Positions 38,962 through 48,797 of a DNA stretch of 64,000 bases are shown one piece after another. The DNA is from Kofleriaceae bacterium. Lineage in GTDB: Bacteria; Myxococcota_A; Polyangia; Haliangiales; Haliangiaceae. A program made the position numbers and the translations under genes. Numbering within the stretch: the stretch's first letter is position 1; every line of letters begins with the position of its first letter. The DNA lies in NCBI GenBank assembly GCA_035489015.1, contig DATHKR010000235.1, forward strand, positions 17,029-81,028. The letters run 5' to 3'. The notes beneath the pieces were generated by a model. It was not told the origin of the DNA, did not search any database, and saw only the letters and a list, made by a program, of their open reading frames with translations.

Positions 38962-41900
38962 ATGCCCACCAATCCAGCCACCGGACGAGCCATCGGAGCC
39001 AGCGGCAGCCAGGTCCAGGTCGGCGGTCTCGATGACGGTGGCGATCATCAAGGCGGCGCGAGCTTCGATCCGCGCGAGGAGCTGGCCGCCGCCCGGCGAG
39101 AGGCGATCTACACCGCGCGGGCCGACTGGTCGCAGCTCGCGCGGCTGCACACCGCCCAGGTCGATTCCGCCGCCGACGCGACCGAGCGGGCGCGCGCGCT
39201 GTGCCGGGCCGCCGCCGTCTATCGCATCCACCTCGGCGATGTGGCCGCGGCGCTGCCGCTGCTCGGCCGCGCGCTGGCCGATTGCCCCGACGATCCCGAG
39301 GTGGCCGCCGATCTCGAGGCCGCCGCGCGCGTGTCGGCCGACGCCGCTGCCGAGGTGCGCGCGCTCTGCGCCGGCGCGGCCGTCGGTCTCGAGCTGAGCG
39401 CGCCCGACCTGGCCGCGGAGCTGTGGCTGCGCGCGGCGCTGATCGACGCCGCGGTGCGCGGCGACATCGCGTCGGCGACCGACGCGATCGGCCGGGTCGG
39501 CGGGGTGGCCGCGCGGATGGCCGGGCTGCTCGAGCGGATCGAGCGCAGCGCCGGGTCGGTCGGGCTGCTCGACACGCTCGCGCTCCTGTGCCGCCGGGCC
39601 GGCGACGGCGCGCGCGAGAAGCGGGTGCTGCTGCGCTCGCTCGACCTGGCCGCCGACCGGGGCGACTGCGCCGCCCGCCACCGTGCGATCGCCGCGCTCG
39701 CCAGGGCCGAGGGAGACGCGGACAGCGCCGGGTGGCACGAGCGCGAGGCGGATGAGCTCGAGCGGCTCGCGCGGGTGCAGATGATCGCTGGCGAGCCGGC
39801 CGGCGCCGGCGGCGCGTCGCCGCCGTTCCGCGTGCCCGGCCCCGACGCGTTCGATCACGACCGCGCCACCGCCGCGCTTGCCGACCGGGCCTGGCGCGAG
39901 CGGCGCTGGCATGCTCTCGAACCGCTGGTCGATCGCCTGCTCCGGTCCGACGGGGCGGGCGCGGCGGGCGCGACGGTCGACGACGATCAGCCGTCGCCGG
40001 TCGAGCTCCACTATCGGGCCGGGCGCGCCGCCCTCGAGCTCGGCAAGTTCGACAAGGCGTGCCGCCACTACCACGAGGCGCTCGCGTTCGACCAGGTCCA
40101 CCTGCCGGCGCTGCTCGAGCACGCCATGGCCGCGGCCGAGCTCGAGCGATGGGATCAGGCGCACGAGCTGTGCGGCGCCGCGCTGCTGGTCCAGCGAAGC
40201 CTCGGCCGCCCCGACGCGGAGCTGGCCGAGACTCTCTACCGAATGGGCGAGGCGCGCGCGCGCGGCGGCGGCGCGGCGGCCCGGGCCGAGGCGCAGACGC
40301 TGTACGCCAGCGCGCTCGACGTCCACCCGGCCCACCGGCGCGCGCTGGACGCGGCCTGCCGGGCCCACCGCGAGGCAGGCGACCTGCGCTCGGTCGAGCG
40401 CCTGCTGCGCGCCGCGCTGCCCCGCGCCAGCCGGCGGCGACGGACCGGCCTCATGGTCGAGCTGGCCGGGCTGGAGTCGCGCTTCCTCGGCGATCCAGGC
40501 GCCGCGGTGGCGCTGATCCGCCAGGCGCTCACCCAGGCCCCCGGCGAGCGGCACCTCCTCATCGCGCTGGTCGAGCACTGCCAGGCGGCCGGTCGATGGC
40601 GCGAGGCGGTCGACGCGGTGACCCAGCTGGCCGAGCAGGAGGGCAGCGCGCTGCGGCGCGGGCGCTACCACCAGCTCGCCAGCGGGCTGGCGATGAGTCT
40701 ATCGACGGCGCCGGTCGAGGCGATCGCGCACCTCGAGCGTGCGCTCGACTGCTACTTCGGCGCGGGCGGGCCACCGTCGGATCGGGCGCGGGTCCGCTGC
40801 CTGGGCGCCTTTCGCGAGATCGAGGGCATCCTGCGCGCGCGCGCCGACTGGCGAGGGCTCGAGCGCGCGTACCGCGCGATGATCGCGCGGCTCGAGGCGA
40901 GCGCGCCGGAGCGGGCCGGGCTGATGGCCGAGCTGGGCCAGCTTCGCGCCGAGCCGCTCGGCCAGCCGGCGGCGCCGTCCTCGATGGCGTCCGCGGCGCC
41001 GGTGGCCGCCGCGGCGCCCGCCTCGACCCCGGCAGCGGGGCCGTCCTCGACGCCGGCCGCCGCGCTCATCGATCTCCACCAGGGCGTCGCGCCGGACGAG
41101 CTCGACAAGCTGATCGAGCGGCGCCGCAAGCTCATCGCCGCCGAGCCGTTCCAGGCCGAGCACTACTCGGCGCTGCGCAGCCTGTTCGTGAAGAGCAAGA
41201 ACCGCGACGGCACCTTCTGCGCCTGCCGGGCGCTCGCCTTCCTCGATCGCGCCGATCGCCAGGAGAAGGACTTCTACCGCGCGCACCGGCCCGACCGGGT
41301 GACCTGGCCGTCGCGCGGGCTGGCCGGCGCGGACTGGCGCCGGCTGCGCCACCCGGGCGAGGACCCGCTGGTGTCCGCGGTGTTCGCGCTGTCGGCCGAG
41401 CGAGTCGCTCTGTCGATGTCGACCACGGCCCGGCGGCTGCGCCTGCGCGACGACGCGTCGGCCTCGCTCGACAACGTGCGCCATCTGTTTCGCAGCGCGT
41501 GCACCGCGCTCGGGGTGGCCGAGCCGGACCTGTTCCTGGCCCCCGGGGTCGAGTCCGACGTGGTCCTGGCCAACCTCCGGCGCGGCCCGTCGCTGGCCCC
41601 GGCGTTCGTGGTCGGCCGTCACATGTACCAGGGCCGGACCGGCGGGCAGATGGTGCAGTCCATGGCGCGCGCGCTCAGCTACGCGCGGCCGCACGCGTAC
41701 CTGCGCCTGCTGCTGGGCCCGTCGAGCCGGGTCGCGGCCGCGTTCGCCGCTGCCTGCGTGGTCGGCGGCGAGGCCAACGACGGCGCCGCCGCCGACGACG
41801 TCGCCGAGATCGCCGAGGCGATCCGCCCGCCCAGGTCGGACGCGGTGTGGCTGGCCGAGCTGCGCGGCGCGGTGCGCCGGCTGCGCGAGCGCGGCAGCGA

Positions 41901-42123
41901 GGTCGAGGTCGGTCGGTTCTGCCGCGCGCTCGACGCCACCGCGCGCCGCGCCGGGCTCCTGTTCGGCGGCGCCCTCGATGTCGCCGCCGCCGATCTCCAC
42001 CGCGAGCCGATGTTCGCCCGCTCGCGCCCGCGCAACGAGCGCCTCGCCGACCTCCTGGTCCACTCGGTCTCCGAGGAGCACCTGGCCCTGCGCCGGGACC
42101 TCCGCCTCGGGCTTCAGGACTGA
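38962..42123 (+). CDS. Large TPR-like helical-repeat protein (1053 aa)
   Basis: Track ORF 38962..42123. Ala/Leu/Arg-rich helical repeats throughout (e.g. YRAGRAALELGKFDKACRHYHEALAFD). No signal peptide. The less repetitive C-terminal ~350 aa looks like a distinct domain. Confidence 0.75.
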   Translation: MPTNPATGRAIGASGSQVQVGGLDDGGDHQGGASFDPREELAAARREAIYTARADWSQLARLHTAQVDSAADATERARALCRAAAVYRIHLGDVAAALPLLGRALADCPDDPEVAADLEAAARVSADAAAEVRALCAGAAVGLELSAPDLAAELWLRAALIDAAVRGDIASATDAIGRVGGVAARMAGLLERIERSAGSVGLLDTLALLCRRAGDGAREKRVLLRSLDLAADRGDCAARHRAIAALARAEGDADSAGWHEREADELERLARVQMIAGEPAGAGGASPPFRVPGPDAFDHDRATAALADRAWRERRWHALEPLVDRLLRSDGAGAAGATVDDDQPSPVELHYRAGRAALELGKFDKACRHYHEALAFDQVHLPALLEHAMAAAELERWDQAHELCGAALLVQRSLGRPDAELAETLYRMGEARARGGGAAARAEAQTLYASALDVHPAHRRALDAACRAHREAGDLRSVERLLRAALPRASRRRRTGLMVELAGLESRFLGDPGAAVALIRQALTQAPGERHLLIALVEHCQAAGRWREAVDAVTQLAEQEGSALRRGRYHQLASGLAMSLSTAPVEAIAHLERALDCYFGAGGPPSDRARVRCLGAFREIEGILRARADWRGLERAYRAMIARLEASAPERAGLMAELGQLRAEPLGQPAAPSSMASAAPVAAAAPASTPAAGPSSTPAAALIDLHQGVAPDELDKLIERRRKLIAAEPFQAEHYSALRSLFVKSKNRDGTFCACRALAFLDRADRQEKDFYRAHRPDRVTWPSRGLAGADWRRLRHPGEDPLVSAVFALSAERVALSMSTTARRLRLRDDASASLDNVRHLFRSACTALGVAEPDLFLAPGVESDVVLANLRRGPSLAPAFVVGRHMYQGRTGGQMVQSMARALSYARPHAYLRLLLGPSSRVAAAFAAACVVGGEANDGAAADDVAEIAEAIRPPRSDAVWLAELRGAVRRLRERGSEVEVGRFCRALDATARRAGLLFGGALDVAAADLHREPMFARSRPRNERLADLLVHSVSEEHLALRRDLRLGLQD

Positions 42124-42150
42124 TCCAGAGCTGCCCCGAGCTCTCGCCGA

Positions 42151-43290
42151 TCAGAAGCGCAGCGACGCGGACACGCCGACCTGATCCGGACCGATCATCG
42201 GCGCCAGCGCGGCGCTCTGGTCGGCGCGGTGGCGGCGGGCGCGGAAGAACAGGATGCCGGACACGATCGCGCTGGCCCCCGCCCCGGCGAAGCAGATGTT
42301 GGCGACGAGCGACCGCTGCTCGGCCCGGTCGGCCACGCGCTTCGCCTTGCTGAACTCGACCTCGTACTCGGTGCCGCGGATGTCGTCGAGCTCGTCCACC
42401 GCCGACTGCGCGCTGATGCCCGCCCAGGTCCCGGCCGCGCCGACCGCCACCGCGACCCCGCCCCACAGGATCCAGCTGGCGTAGATCGGCGGCCGCTCGC
42501 TCCGGCTCTCCACCGACGCGTCCGCCCGCGGGCTGGCCGCGACCGCCTGCGCGCTGGCCGGGGCCGGCTCGTCGGCGGTCGGGCGCGCGCCGCCCGAGTC
42601 GATGTCGAGCGAGAGCGGCGCGTCGGGGCTGCCCAGCTCGACCACGCGGTTGCCGTGCTGGTCCACGCCGGCGATGGTGAAGCGGGTCACCCCGCGCGGC
42701 AGCTCCAGGTCGAAGCGCGCCCCGTCACCGGGCGGGGTCTTGCCGGCCGCGCCCCCGCCGGCCACCGACAGCTCGGCGCCGTCGGCGCGGCGGTAGGCGA
42801 TGCGCGCGCCGACCACCACGCCCATCGGATCCGACTGCACGATCACCGCGATGACGACCGGGTTCTGGCCGACGATGCGGTGCGCGATGGCCAGCGGCTT
42901 CGCGCCGCGCAGCGCCTTGCGCGCCCTGCGGAACGGCCGGTTGATCTTCGGCGACAGCCCCGCGCGCAGCTCGAGGCCGGGGTCGATCGCCAGCGCCAGG
43001 CGGAACGCCTTTTCCGCCGCCGCGGCGTGGTCGAGGCTGGCGCGCACCTCGCCGAGCAGGAGGTAGAGCTGCGCGGTCGTCGCCGGCCCGCTGGTGCCGG
43101 CCTCGAGCGTCTTTCCGAGGGTGGCGAGCGCGTCGTCGTAGCGCAGCTCGCCGAGCTGGGTCCGCGCCCGCTCGAGGCCGCCCTCGTCCTGGGCCTGGGC
43201 CGCCGCGCGACCGGGCCCCGCTGCCACCAGCACGAGCACGAGCGCGACCCCCAGCCGCCGCGCCGGCATGGATCTCGGCTCGCTCACCAT
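42151..43290 (-). CDS. Exported TPR-like protein with C-terminal membrane helices
   Basis: Track ORF 42151..43290 (ATG; an alternative ATG at 43269 gives MPARRLGVALVLVLVAAGPG). One TPR-like unit, a beta-rich middle, and two hydrophobic helices near the C-terminus. Overlaps the upstream kinase stop by 7 nt. Confidence 0.62.
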   Translation of the reverse strand: MVSEPRSMPARRLGVALVLVLVAAGPGRAAAQAQDEGGLERARTQLGELRYDDALATLGKTLEAGTSGPATTAQLYLLLGEVRASLDHAAAAEKAFRLALAIDPGLELRAGLSPKINRPFRRARKALRGAKPLAIAHRIVGQNPVVIAVIVQSDPMGVVVGARIAYRRADGAELSVAGGGAAGKTPPGDGARFDLELPRGVTRFTIAGVDQHGNRVVELGSPDAPLSLDIDSGGARPTADEPAPASAQAVAASPRADASVESRSERPPIYASWILWGGVAVAVGAAGTWAGISAQSAVDELDDIRGTEYEVEFSKAKRVADRAEQRSLVANICFAGAGASAIVSGILFFRARRHRADQSAALAPMIGPDQVGVSASLRF

Positions 43291-45824
43291 TTGATCGACT
43301 TGCGCAGCTCCTGCCCGGGCGTGATCCGCACGCGCATCTTCTTGTCCGGCTGCCCGCCCGACGACACCAGCCGCAGCCGGTGCGGTCCAGACCCGAGCCC
43401 GAGGCGGACCAGCGGGGTGAGGCCGCGCTTCTTGCCGTCGACGAACACGGTCGCGTACGGCTCCGCGTTGATGGTGAGGAATCCGTCCTGGGCGGCCCCG
43501 GCCGCGCTCGCCGCGCTCGCCTCGTCGCGCTGGCGATCGCGCGGCCTGGCGCCGTCCCGCTCGCCGGCGCCGGCCTTCTCGGCCCGGCGCTCGCGTCGCT
43601 CGCGCAGCCGTTCGCGCCGCTCGCGCGCGGTCTCGCGCTCCTCGGTCCGGCTCGCGCCGTCGTCGCCGCCCTTGCCAGCCGCCGCGGTCGCCGCGGCGTC
43701 CCGGCCAGCGCCGGCCGCCTGGCCCTTCGCCGCCTGGTCGCTCGCCGCCTGGCCGCTCGCCGCCTGGCCACGCGCCGCCGCACCGCTCGCCGCCGTGCCG
43801 CTCGCCGTCTGGCCGCGCGCCACCTCGCCGCGCGCCGCCGCGCTGCTCGCCGCCTGGCCCTTCGCCGCTGAATCGCTGCCGCCGCCCGGCGCGCCCGCGC
43901 CGCCCGCCGCGCTAGCAGCCGACCCCGGACCCGCCGGCGCCGCGATCTCGCCAGCGCCGACCGACGCAGCCACCGCCGGCGCCGCGGCCGTCGCGGCCGG
44001 CTTTCTCTTTGCCGCGCCGCGCCCGTTCAGCATCAGCACCAGCGTGGCGCCGGTCGCCGCCGACGCCGCCAGCGCGATCACCGCGACCCAGCGCCGGCGC
44101 GGCCGGACCAGCGCGATCCCCTCGTCGATCACCATCGCGACCGGCGGGGCGACGGGCGGGCCGTCCGCGCGGCGCGCCTCGGCCACCACATAAGAAGGCG
44201 GAGCCGGCGGCGGGGGGAGCAGCGACGGCCGCGGCAGCGCCACCGGCCGCGCGACCCCCTGCTGGCGGACCGCGGCCAGGACCGGCGGCGCCACCGGCCG
44301 GGTCTCCGGTTCGAGGTCCAGGTCCGCATCGCCGTCGGTGTCCGAGTCGACGATCGGCCCCTCGAAGACCGCGAGATCGTCGTCGCCTAGCTCGCCGAGC
44401 GGCTCGGCCGGGACCGGGATCTCCTGGGACTGCTGCTTGACCATGCGCGAGACCAGATCGGCATAGGCCGGCTCCGCCACCCGGGTGTCGTTGCCGCCGC
44501 CGTCCCAGTCGTCGATGACTCCCGGCGCGGAGCCCGTGGCCGGCTTGCGTCGAGCGGCGGCGCCGCCCTTGCCGGCGCCGCCCTTGCCGACCGGCCGACC
44601 GCGGCCGTCCTCGCCGTCGGCGATGATCGGGTCGATCTTCTGGAGGGTCGGCACCGACTCGTCCATCGAGTCGCTCGCCACCACCGCCTCGTCCATCGAT
44701 CCGTCGTCGCCCCACTCCGCGCCCGCCGACGGCGACGGCCGCCCACCGGTAGCCCGCTCGTCGGAGATGCTCGCGTCGGTGGCGCGAGGATCCGCACCCG
44801 GCGACGCCGCGCCCAGGCGATCGGCCTCCTGCCGCCGGTGGGCCGCGAACACCCGCTCGCGCTGCGCGCCCAGCTCGGCGGCGAACGCGACCTCCATCTC
44901 GGCCGCGATCGCCAGCGTGGTCAGCGGTGCGCCGAGCGGACGGATCGACTGCTCCACCGCCGCGGCCAGCTCGCGCGCGGTCTGGAACCGCTCGGAGGCC
45001 GGCCGGGCCAGCGCCCGCATGATTGCCTCGTCCAGATCGGGCGGCAGATCGGGGCGGAACTTGGTGGGCCGCGGGATCGGCTCCTCGACGATGGCGCGCC
45101 AGGTCAAGAGGTCGCTCGAGCGCTTGAACAGCCGCCGCCCGACCACCGCCTCCCACAGGATGGTGCCGAGCGCGAAGATGTCGGTGGTGCTGTCGACCGT
45201 GTCGCCCTGCAGCTGCTCGGGCGCCATGTACGAGTACGTGCCCTTCACCGAGCCGGTCTGCACCTGACCGATCGCGCCGCGCACCTTGACGATGCCGAAG
45301 TCGAGCACCTTGGCGACTCCGGCCGAGGTCACGAACACGTTGCGAGGGTTGATGTCGCGGTGCACCACGTGGGCGCTCTCGCCGTCCGGATCGCGCAGCG
45401 AGTGAGCGTGGTGGAGCCCCTCGGCGGTCTGCGTCACCAGCGACGCGACCAGGCGCAGATCGGCCATCTGCGGGGCCCGCTTGCGCGCGACCATCACGTC
45501 GGCGAGCGGCAGCCCCTCGAGGTACTCGAGCGCCATGTAGTAGCGCCCGTCGACCTGGCCCAGCTCGTACACCGAACACACGTTCGGGTGGCTGATGCGC
45601 GCCGCGGTTCGCGCCTCGGCCACGAACATGTCGACGATCTCGGGCTTGTCGGTCAGGTGCGACTGAATGCGCTTGATGACCACCAGCTTCTCGAACCCAC
45701 CCGCCGAGCGCAGCTGGGCCAGGAACAGCTCGCCCATGCCCCCGCCGCCGATGCGGGCGAGCAGCGTGTACTTGCCGAACTGGATCGGTCGCTCGCGCCG
45801 CGGAGATTGAGCACTGGAGGCCAT
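43284..45824 (-). CDS. Transmembrane Ser/Thr kinase with low-complexity linker and C-terminal PEGA domain
   Basis: 3' part of track ORF 43284..45923. ATG 45824 (MASSAQSPRRERPIQFGKYTLLARIGGGGMGELF). Motifs VVIKRI, HRDINPRN, DFGIVK, MAPEQ. TM helix WVAVIALAASAATGATLVLML. C-terminal PEGA: GFLTINAEPYATVFVDGKKRGLTPL...GPHRLRL. Confidence 0.9.
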   Translation of the reverse strand: MASSAQSPRRERPIQFGKYTLLARIGGGGMGELFLAQLRSAGGFEKLVVIKRIQSHLTDKPEIVDMFVAEARTAARISHPNVCSVYELGQVDGRYYMALEYLEGLPLADVMVARKRAPQMADLRLVASLVTQTAEGLHHAHSLRDPDGESAHVVHRDINPRNVFVTSAGVAKVLDFGIVKVRGAIGQVQTGSVKGTYSYMAPEQLQGDTVDSTTDIFALGTILWEAVVGRRLFKRSSDLLTWRAIVEEPIPRPTKFRPDLPPDLDEAIMRALARPASERFQTARELAAAVEQSIRPLGAPLTTLAIAAEMEVAFAAELGAQRERVFAAHRRQEADRLGAASPGADPRATDASISDERATGGRPSPSAGAEWGDDGSMDEAVVASDSMDESVPTLQKIDPIIADGEDGRGRPVGKGGAGKGGAAARRKPATGSAPGVIDDWDGGGNDTRVAEPAYADLVSRMVKQQSQEIPVPAEPLGELGDDDLAVFEGPIVDSDTDGDADLDLEPETRPVAPPVLAAVRQQGVARPVALPRPSLLPPPPAPPSYVVAEARRADGPPVAPPVAMVIDEGIALVRPRRRWVAVIALAASAATGATLVLMLNGRGAAKRKPAATAAAPAVAASVGAGEIAAPAGPGSAASAAGGAGAPGGGSDSAAKGQAASSAAARGEVARGQTASGTAASGAAARGQAASGQAASDQAAKGQAAGAGRDAAATAAAGKGGDDGASRTEERETARERRERLRERRERRAEKAGAGERDGARPRDRQRDEASAASAAGAAQDGFLTINAEPYATVFVDGKKRGLTPLVRLGLGSGPHRLRLVSSGGQPDKKMRVRITPGQELRKSIKW
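43714..43863 (-). repeat. Degenerate 15-bp in-frame tandem repeat, about 10 copies (GCCGCCTGGCCSYTC)
   Basis: Units every 15 nt from 43714. Encodes the (A/S)xGQAA-type tract AAKGQAASSAAARGEVARGQTASGTAASGAAARGQAASGQAASDQAAKGQAA in the kinase's extracytoplasmic linker. Confidence 0.85.
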
Positions 45825-45992
45825 ACGAAAGAACGCGCTAGTATACCCGACCCGTTCGGAGCGCAGCCGGGGCAAACGGGGCCGCTTCCTCGTCCGCGCT
45901 CCATTGGCAGTCATGCAGAACACTCACATCCGGTGTTCCTGCTGCGGGCCGATCGTCACCAACGGTGTGCTCGCGCGCTACACTGGCCGACC

Positions 45993-46481
45993 ATGGCCGG
46001 TTACTCGGGCACGCCGCTCGCGCAGAAGCTCGGCATCAAGTCGGGACACCGTCTCGCGCTGGTGTCGGCGCCGGCCGGGTTCGAACGTCAGCTCGAGGGC
46101 TTGCCCGACGCGGTCACCATCGCTCGCCAGGCGCGGGGCACCGCCGACGTCATCGTGCTGTTCAGCGAGCGCGCGGCGGATCTCGCGCCGCGGTTCGCGT
46201 CGGCCTCCCGGCACCTGGATCCGGCCGGTGGCCTGTGGGTGGCGTGGCCGAAGAAGGCATCCGGCCGCGCGACCGATCTCACCGAGAGCACGGTCCGCGA
46301 GATCGGCCTCGCCACCGGTCTGGTCGACAACAAGGTGTGCGCCGTGGACGAGGTCTGGTCCGGTCTTCGCTTCGTGGTGCGCCTGGTCGACCGACCCGGG
46401 CCGGGTGGCCCCACCGCGACGAAGACCCGGACCCGCACCAAGCCCCGGACCATGATCGAGAACAAGCGCAGGAGGGACTGA
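45993..46481 (+). CDS. DUF3052-like protein
   Basis: 3' part of track ORF 44838..46481. ATG 45993 (MAGYSGTPLAQKLGIKSGHRLALVSAPAGF...GGLWVAWPKKASG...). The family name is from memory. Confidence 0.7.
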   Translation: MAGYSGTPLAQKLGIKSGHRLALVSAPAGFERQLEGLPDAVTIARQARGTADVIVLFSERAADLAPRFASASRHLDPAGGLWVAWPKKASGRATDLTESTVREIGLATGLVDNKVCAVDEVWSGLRFVVRLVDRPGPGGPTATKTRTRTKPRTMIENKRRRD

Positions 46482-46792
46482 TGCATTTCAACATGGTGAC
46501 CTTGATGATCCTCGGCGCCCTGGCCGCGTCGCTGCTGCTGCTGTTCCGCTCGGGCGAGCGCATTCCGGCCATCATCGCGGTGGTGGCGGCGGGGGTGGAG
46601 ACGCTGATCGCGCTACACCTGGTCTCGTTCCACGGGCCGCCCTACCTCGGCACCGTCCTGGCCGCGGCGCTGACCATCGCCGGGGCGTGGGCCTGGTCGC
46701 GAGTGGGCTCGAAGCCGGCGGTGACCGCGGCCACCCTGGTCGCCTTCATCGGGCTGGTCCAGCTCCTCGTCGCCCTGCGCCTGCTGGCCTGA
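46481..46792 (+). CDS. Small membrane protein (3 predicted helices)
   Basis: 3' part of track ORF 45965..46792. ATG 46481 is preceded by GGAGGG and overlaps the upstream stop by 1 nt (TGATG). Confidence 0.6.
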   Translation: MHFNMVTLMILGALAASLLLLFRSGERIPAIIAVVAAGVETLIALHLVSFHGPPYLGTVLAAALTIAGAWAWSRVGSKPAVTAATLVAFIGLVQLLVALRLLA

Positions 46793-46838
46793 GCGACCTC
46801 AGCCCGAAGCGCGTCGACCTCGGTGCGATCGTCGTCGG

Positions 46839-47378
46839 CTATTCCTCCCACACGTTGCCGCCGCCGTCGATGTAGCGCGACGACTCGTCGCGCTGCAGAT
46901 TTCCGCGGAAGCGGCTGCCGCGCGCGCCCAGCCGGGCTGCGCCGTGCAGCTCGACCGCGTTCTCCGCCCCCTCGATGACGCTGCCGATCACCTGGACCCG
47001 GCCGGCGCCGAACACCTCGATCCCGTTCGCGCCGGCCGCGATGTGGCTGCCGCGGATCACGACCAGGCACGGGCCGTCGATAGTCACGCCGTTGCCGTCG
47101 GTCTGGATCAGCACGCTGTCCAGCACGTGCTCGTCATCGCCGCGGCACTCGAACGGATCGGCCGGGGTCAGCCCGTCGAGGTGGCCGCCGACCGGGACCG
47201 GCCCCGAGTCGTCGCGCTCCTCGGGCGGCGTCACCGGAGGAGCCGAGGCTGCCGCGCATCCGGCCAGCGCGACGCAGGCGATCCAGAAGCACCGCGCCGC
47301 CCGGCGCCTCGCGGCCCGGCTCTCTCTTCCCTCCCGATCCACCCGCGCTCCGGCCGCTACCACCCTCGCACTCGGCAT
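46839..47378 (-). CDS. Lipoprotein with beta-helix-like repeats
   Basis: Track ORF 46839..47378. Lipobox ALAGC. Repeated G-x-V/I-x-V/I-x-G-S strands (VTIDGPCLVVIRGSHI, IEVFGAGRVQVIGSVI). Confidence 0.55.
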   Translation of the reverse strand: MPSARVVAAGARVDREGRESRAARRRAARCFWIACVALAGCAAASAPPVTPPEERDDSGPVPVGGHLDGLTPADPFECRGDDEHVLDSVLIQTDGNGVTIDGPCLVVIRGSHIAAGANGIEVFGAGRVQVIGSVIEGAENAVELHGAARLGARGSRFRGNLQRDESSRYIDGGGNVWEE

Positions 47379-47438
47379 CGTCCTCCCCTCAGTCGGCTCC
47401 CCTCAGTCGGCTCCCCTCGGTCGGTCACCTCGGCTGGT

Positions 47439-48698
47439 TCAGGAGTCCTCCATCCCGGCGAAGCGTCGCAGGAAGAGTGGGATCTTGTGCAGGAGCCCCT
47501 TCTTGGCGGCAGGGTCGGCGCTCGCGGTCTCGCGCGCGGTGCGCGCTCGCTCCGCCCGGGCCGGGGTGTCCTCGCTGCCGGTCTCCGGCCGCGGGCGCTT
47601 GATCCGATCGAGCGTGATCGGCGAGCCCTGCTCGAGGTCGGCCAGCGGGGTGGCCGACGACGACGGCTCGAGGGTGCGCTGCAGCCGCGACATCCCCTCG
47701 CGCGCCTCGCGCGCGCTCTCGCCGAGCAGATCCTGCAGGTCGCGCGGCGCGCGGTGGCTGCGCAGCACATCGACCAGGTGGTTGGCCATCTCGCGGGCCG
47801 ACTCGAACCGCTTGCTCTCGTCGACCGCGAGCGCGCGGTGGATGACCGCGGCCAGCTCGCGCGGCACGTCGCGGCGGAGCGGGCGCAGCGGCGCCACGTG
47901 CCCGTCGCGCAGCTTCTTGTAGATCTCGTAGTCGTTCTGCCCGTCGAACAGCTTGTGCCCGACCAGCGCCTCCCACAGGACGCTGCCGGCCGCGAACTGA
48001 TCCGACAGCGGGCTGGGCCGCTGGCCGCCGACGATCTCCGGGCTGAGGTACGACATCTTGCCCTTCACGATCCCCGGATCGGTCAGCTCCTTGCCGCGGT
48101 CGACCGCGAGCGAGAGGCCGAAGTCGATCAACTTCACCATGCCGTCGCCGGTGACCAGGATGTTGTGGGGCGAGACGTCGCGGTGCACCACCGGCACGAT
48201 CTTCCCGTCCGGATCGCGCCGCTCGTGCGCCGCGGCCAGCGCGCGCATCACCCCGATGCCGATCGCGGTGACGAGGTCCCAGCGGGTGCGCGAGTCGTCG
48301 GCGAAGTAGTAGTGGATGTACGAGCCGAGGTCGATGCCGTCGATCCACTCCTGGACCAGGTAGTACTGGCCGTCCTCGTTGACGAAGTCGTAGACCGCCG
48401 CGATGTTCGGGCTGGCCACGGTGGCCAGCACGCGCGCCTCCTCGGCGAACATGTCGACGTAGATCTGGCTGTCGGCCAGGTGGTCGTGCATCTGCTTGAG
48501 CGCGACCGTGCGCGAGAAGCCGACGTCACCGTGCTGGGTGCCGCGCCATACCACCGCCATGCCGCCGCGCCCCGCGATCTCGTGCAGCTCGTAGCGCCCT
48601 CCGATGCGCCGGCCCGACCCATGGCGCTTCTCGCGCGAGGTCTTCTCCGGCGACGGGGACTGCGGGTCGGACGGCGGCTGGCGTGACGGGCGCGGCAA
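47439..48698 (-). CDS. Cytoplasmic Ser/Thr protein kinase
   Basis: Track ORF 47439..48698, TTG start. Motifs GRGGMAVV, VALKQM, HRDVSPHN, DFGLS, LSPEI. Confidence 0.88.
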   Translation of the reverse strand: MPRPSRQPPSDPQSPSPEKTSREKRHGSGRRIGGRYELHEIAGRGGMAVVWRGTQHGDVGFSRTVALKQMHDHLADSQIYVDMFAEEARVLATVASPNIAAVYDFVNEDGQYYLVQEWIDGIDLGSYIHYYFADDSRTRWDLVTAIGIGVMRALAAAHERRDPDGKIVPVVHRDVSPHNILVTGDGMVKLIDFGLSLAVDRGKELTDPGIVKGKMSYLSPEIVGGQRPSPLSDQFAAGSVLWEALVGHKLFDGQNDYEIYKKLRDGHVAPLRPLRRDVPRELAAVIHRALAVDESKRFESAREMANHLVDVLRSHRAPRDLQDLLGESAREAREGMSRLQRTLEPSSSATPLADLEQGSPITLDRIKRPRPETGSEDTPARAERARTARETASADPAAKKGLLHKIPLFLRRFAGMEDS

Positions 48699-48797
48699 GG
48701 GAAATCGGGTGGATCAGGCTCTCTCATCATAACCCACGCTTCACGGTAAGTCCGCCGCCTGGCGCGTTCTCGCGACCGGCGTTATGATCTCGCGTCC

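Noticed and set aside
43714-43863. Short tandem repeats, here and at 3466-3562, as a possible CRISPR or minisatellite locus.
   Set aside because: The units are 15 bp, directly abutting with no spacers, and in frame inside well-supported CDSs. They are coding low-complexity repeats, not CRISPR.
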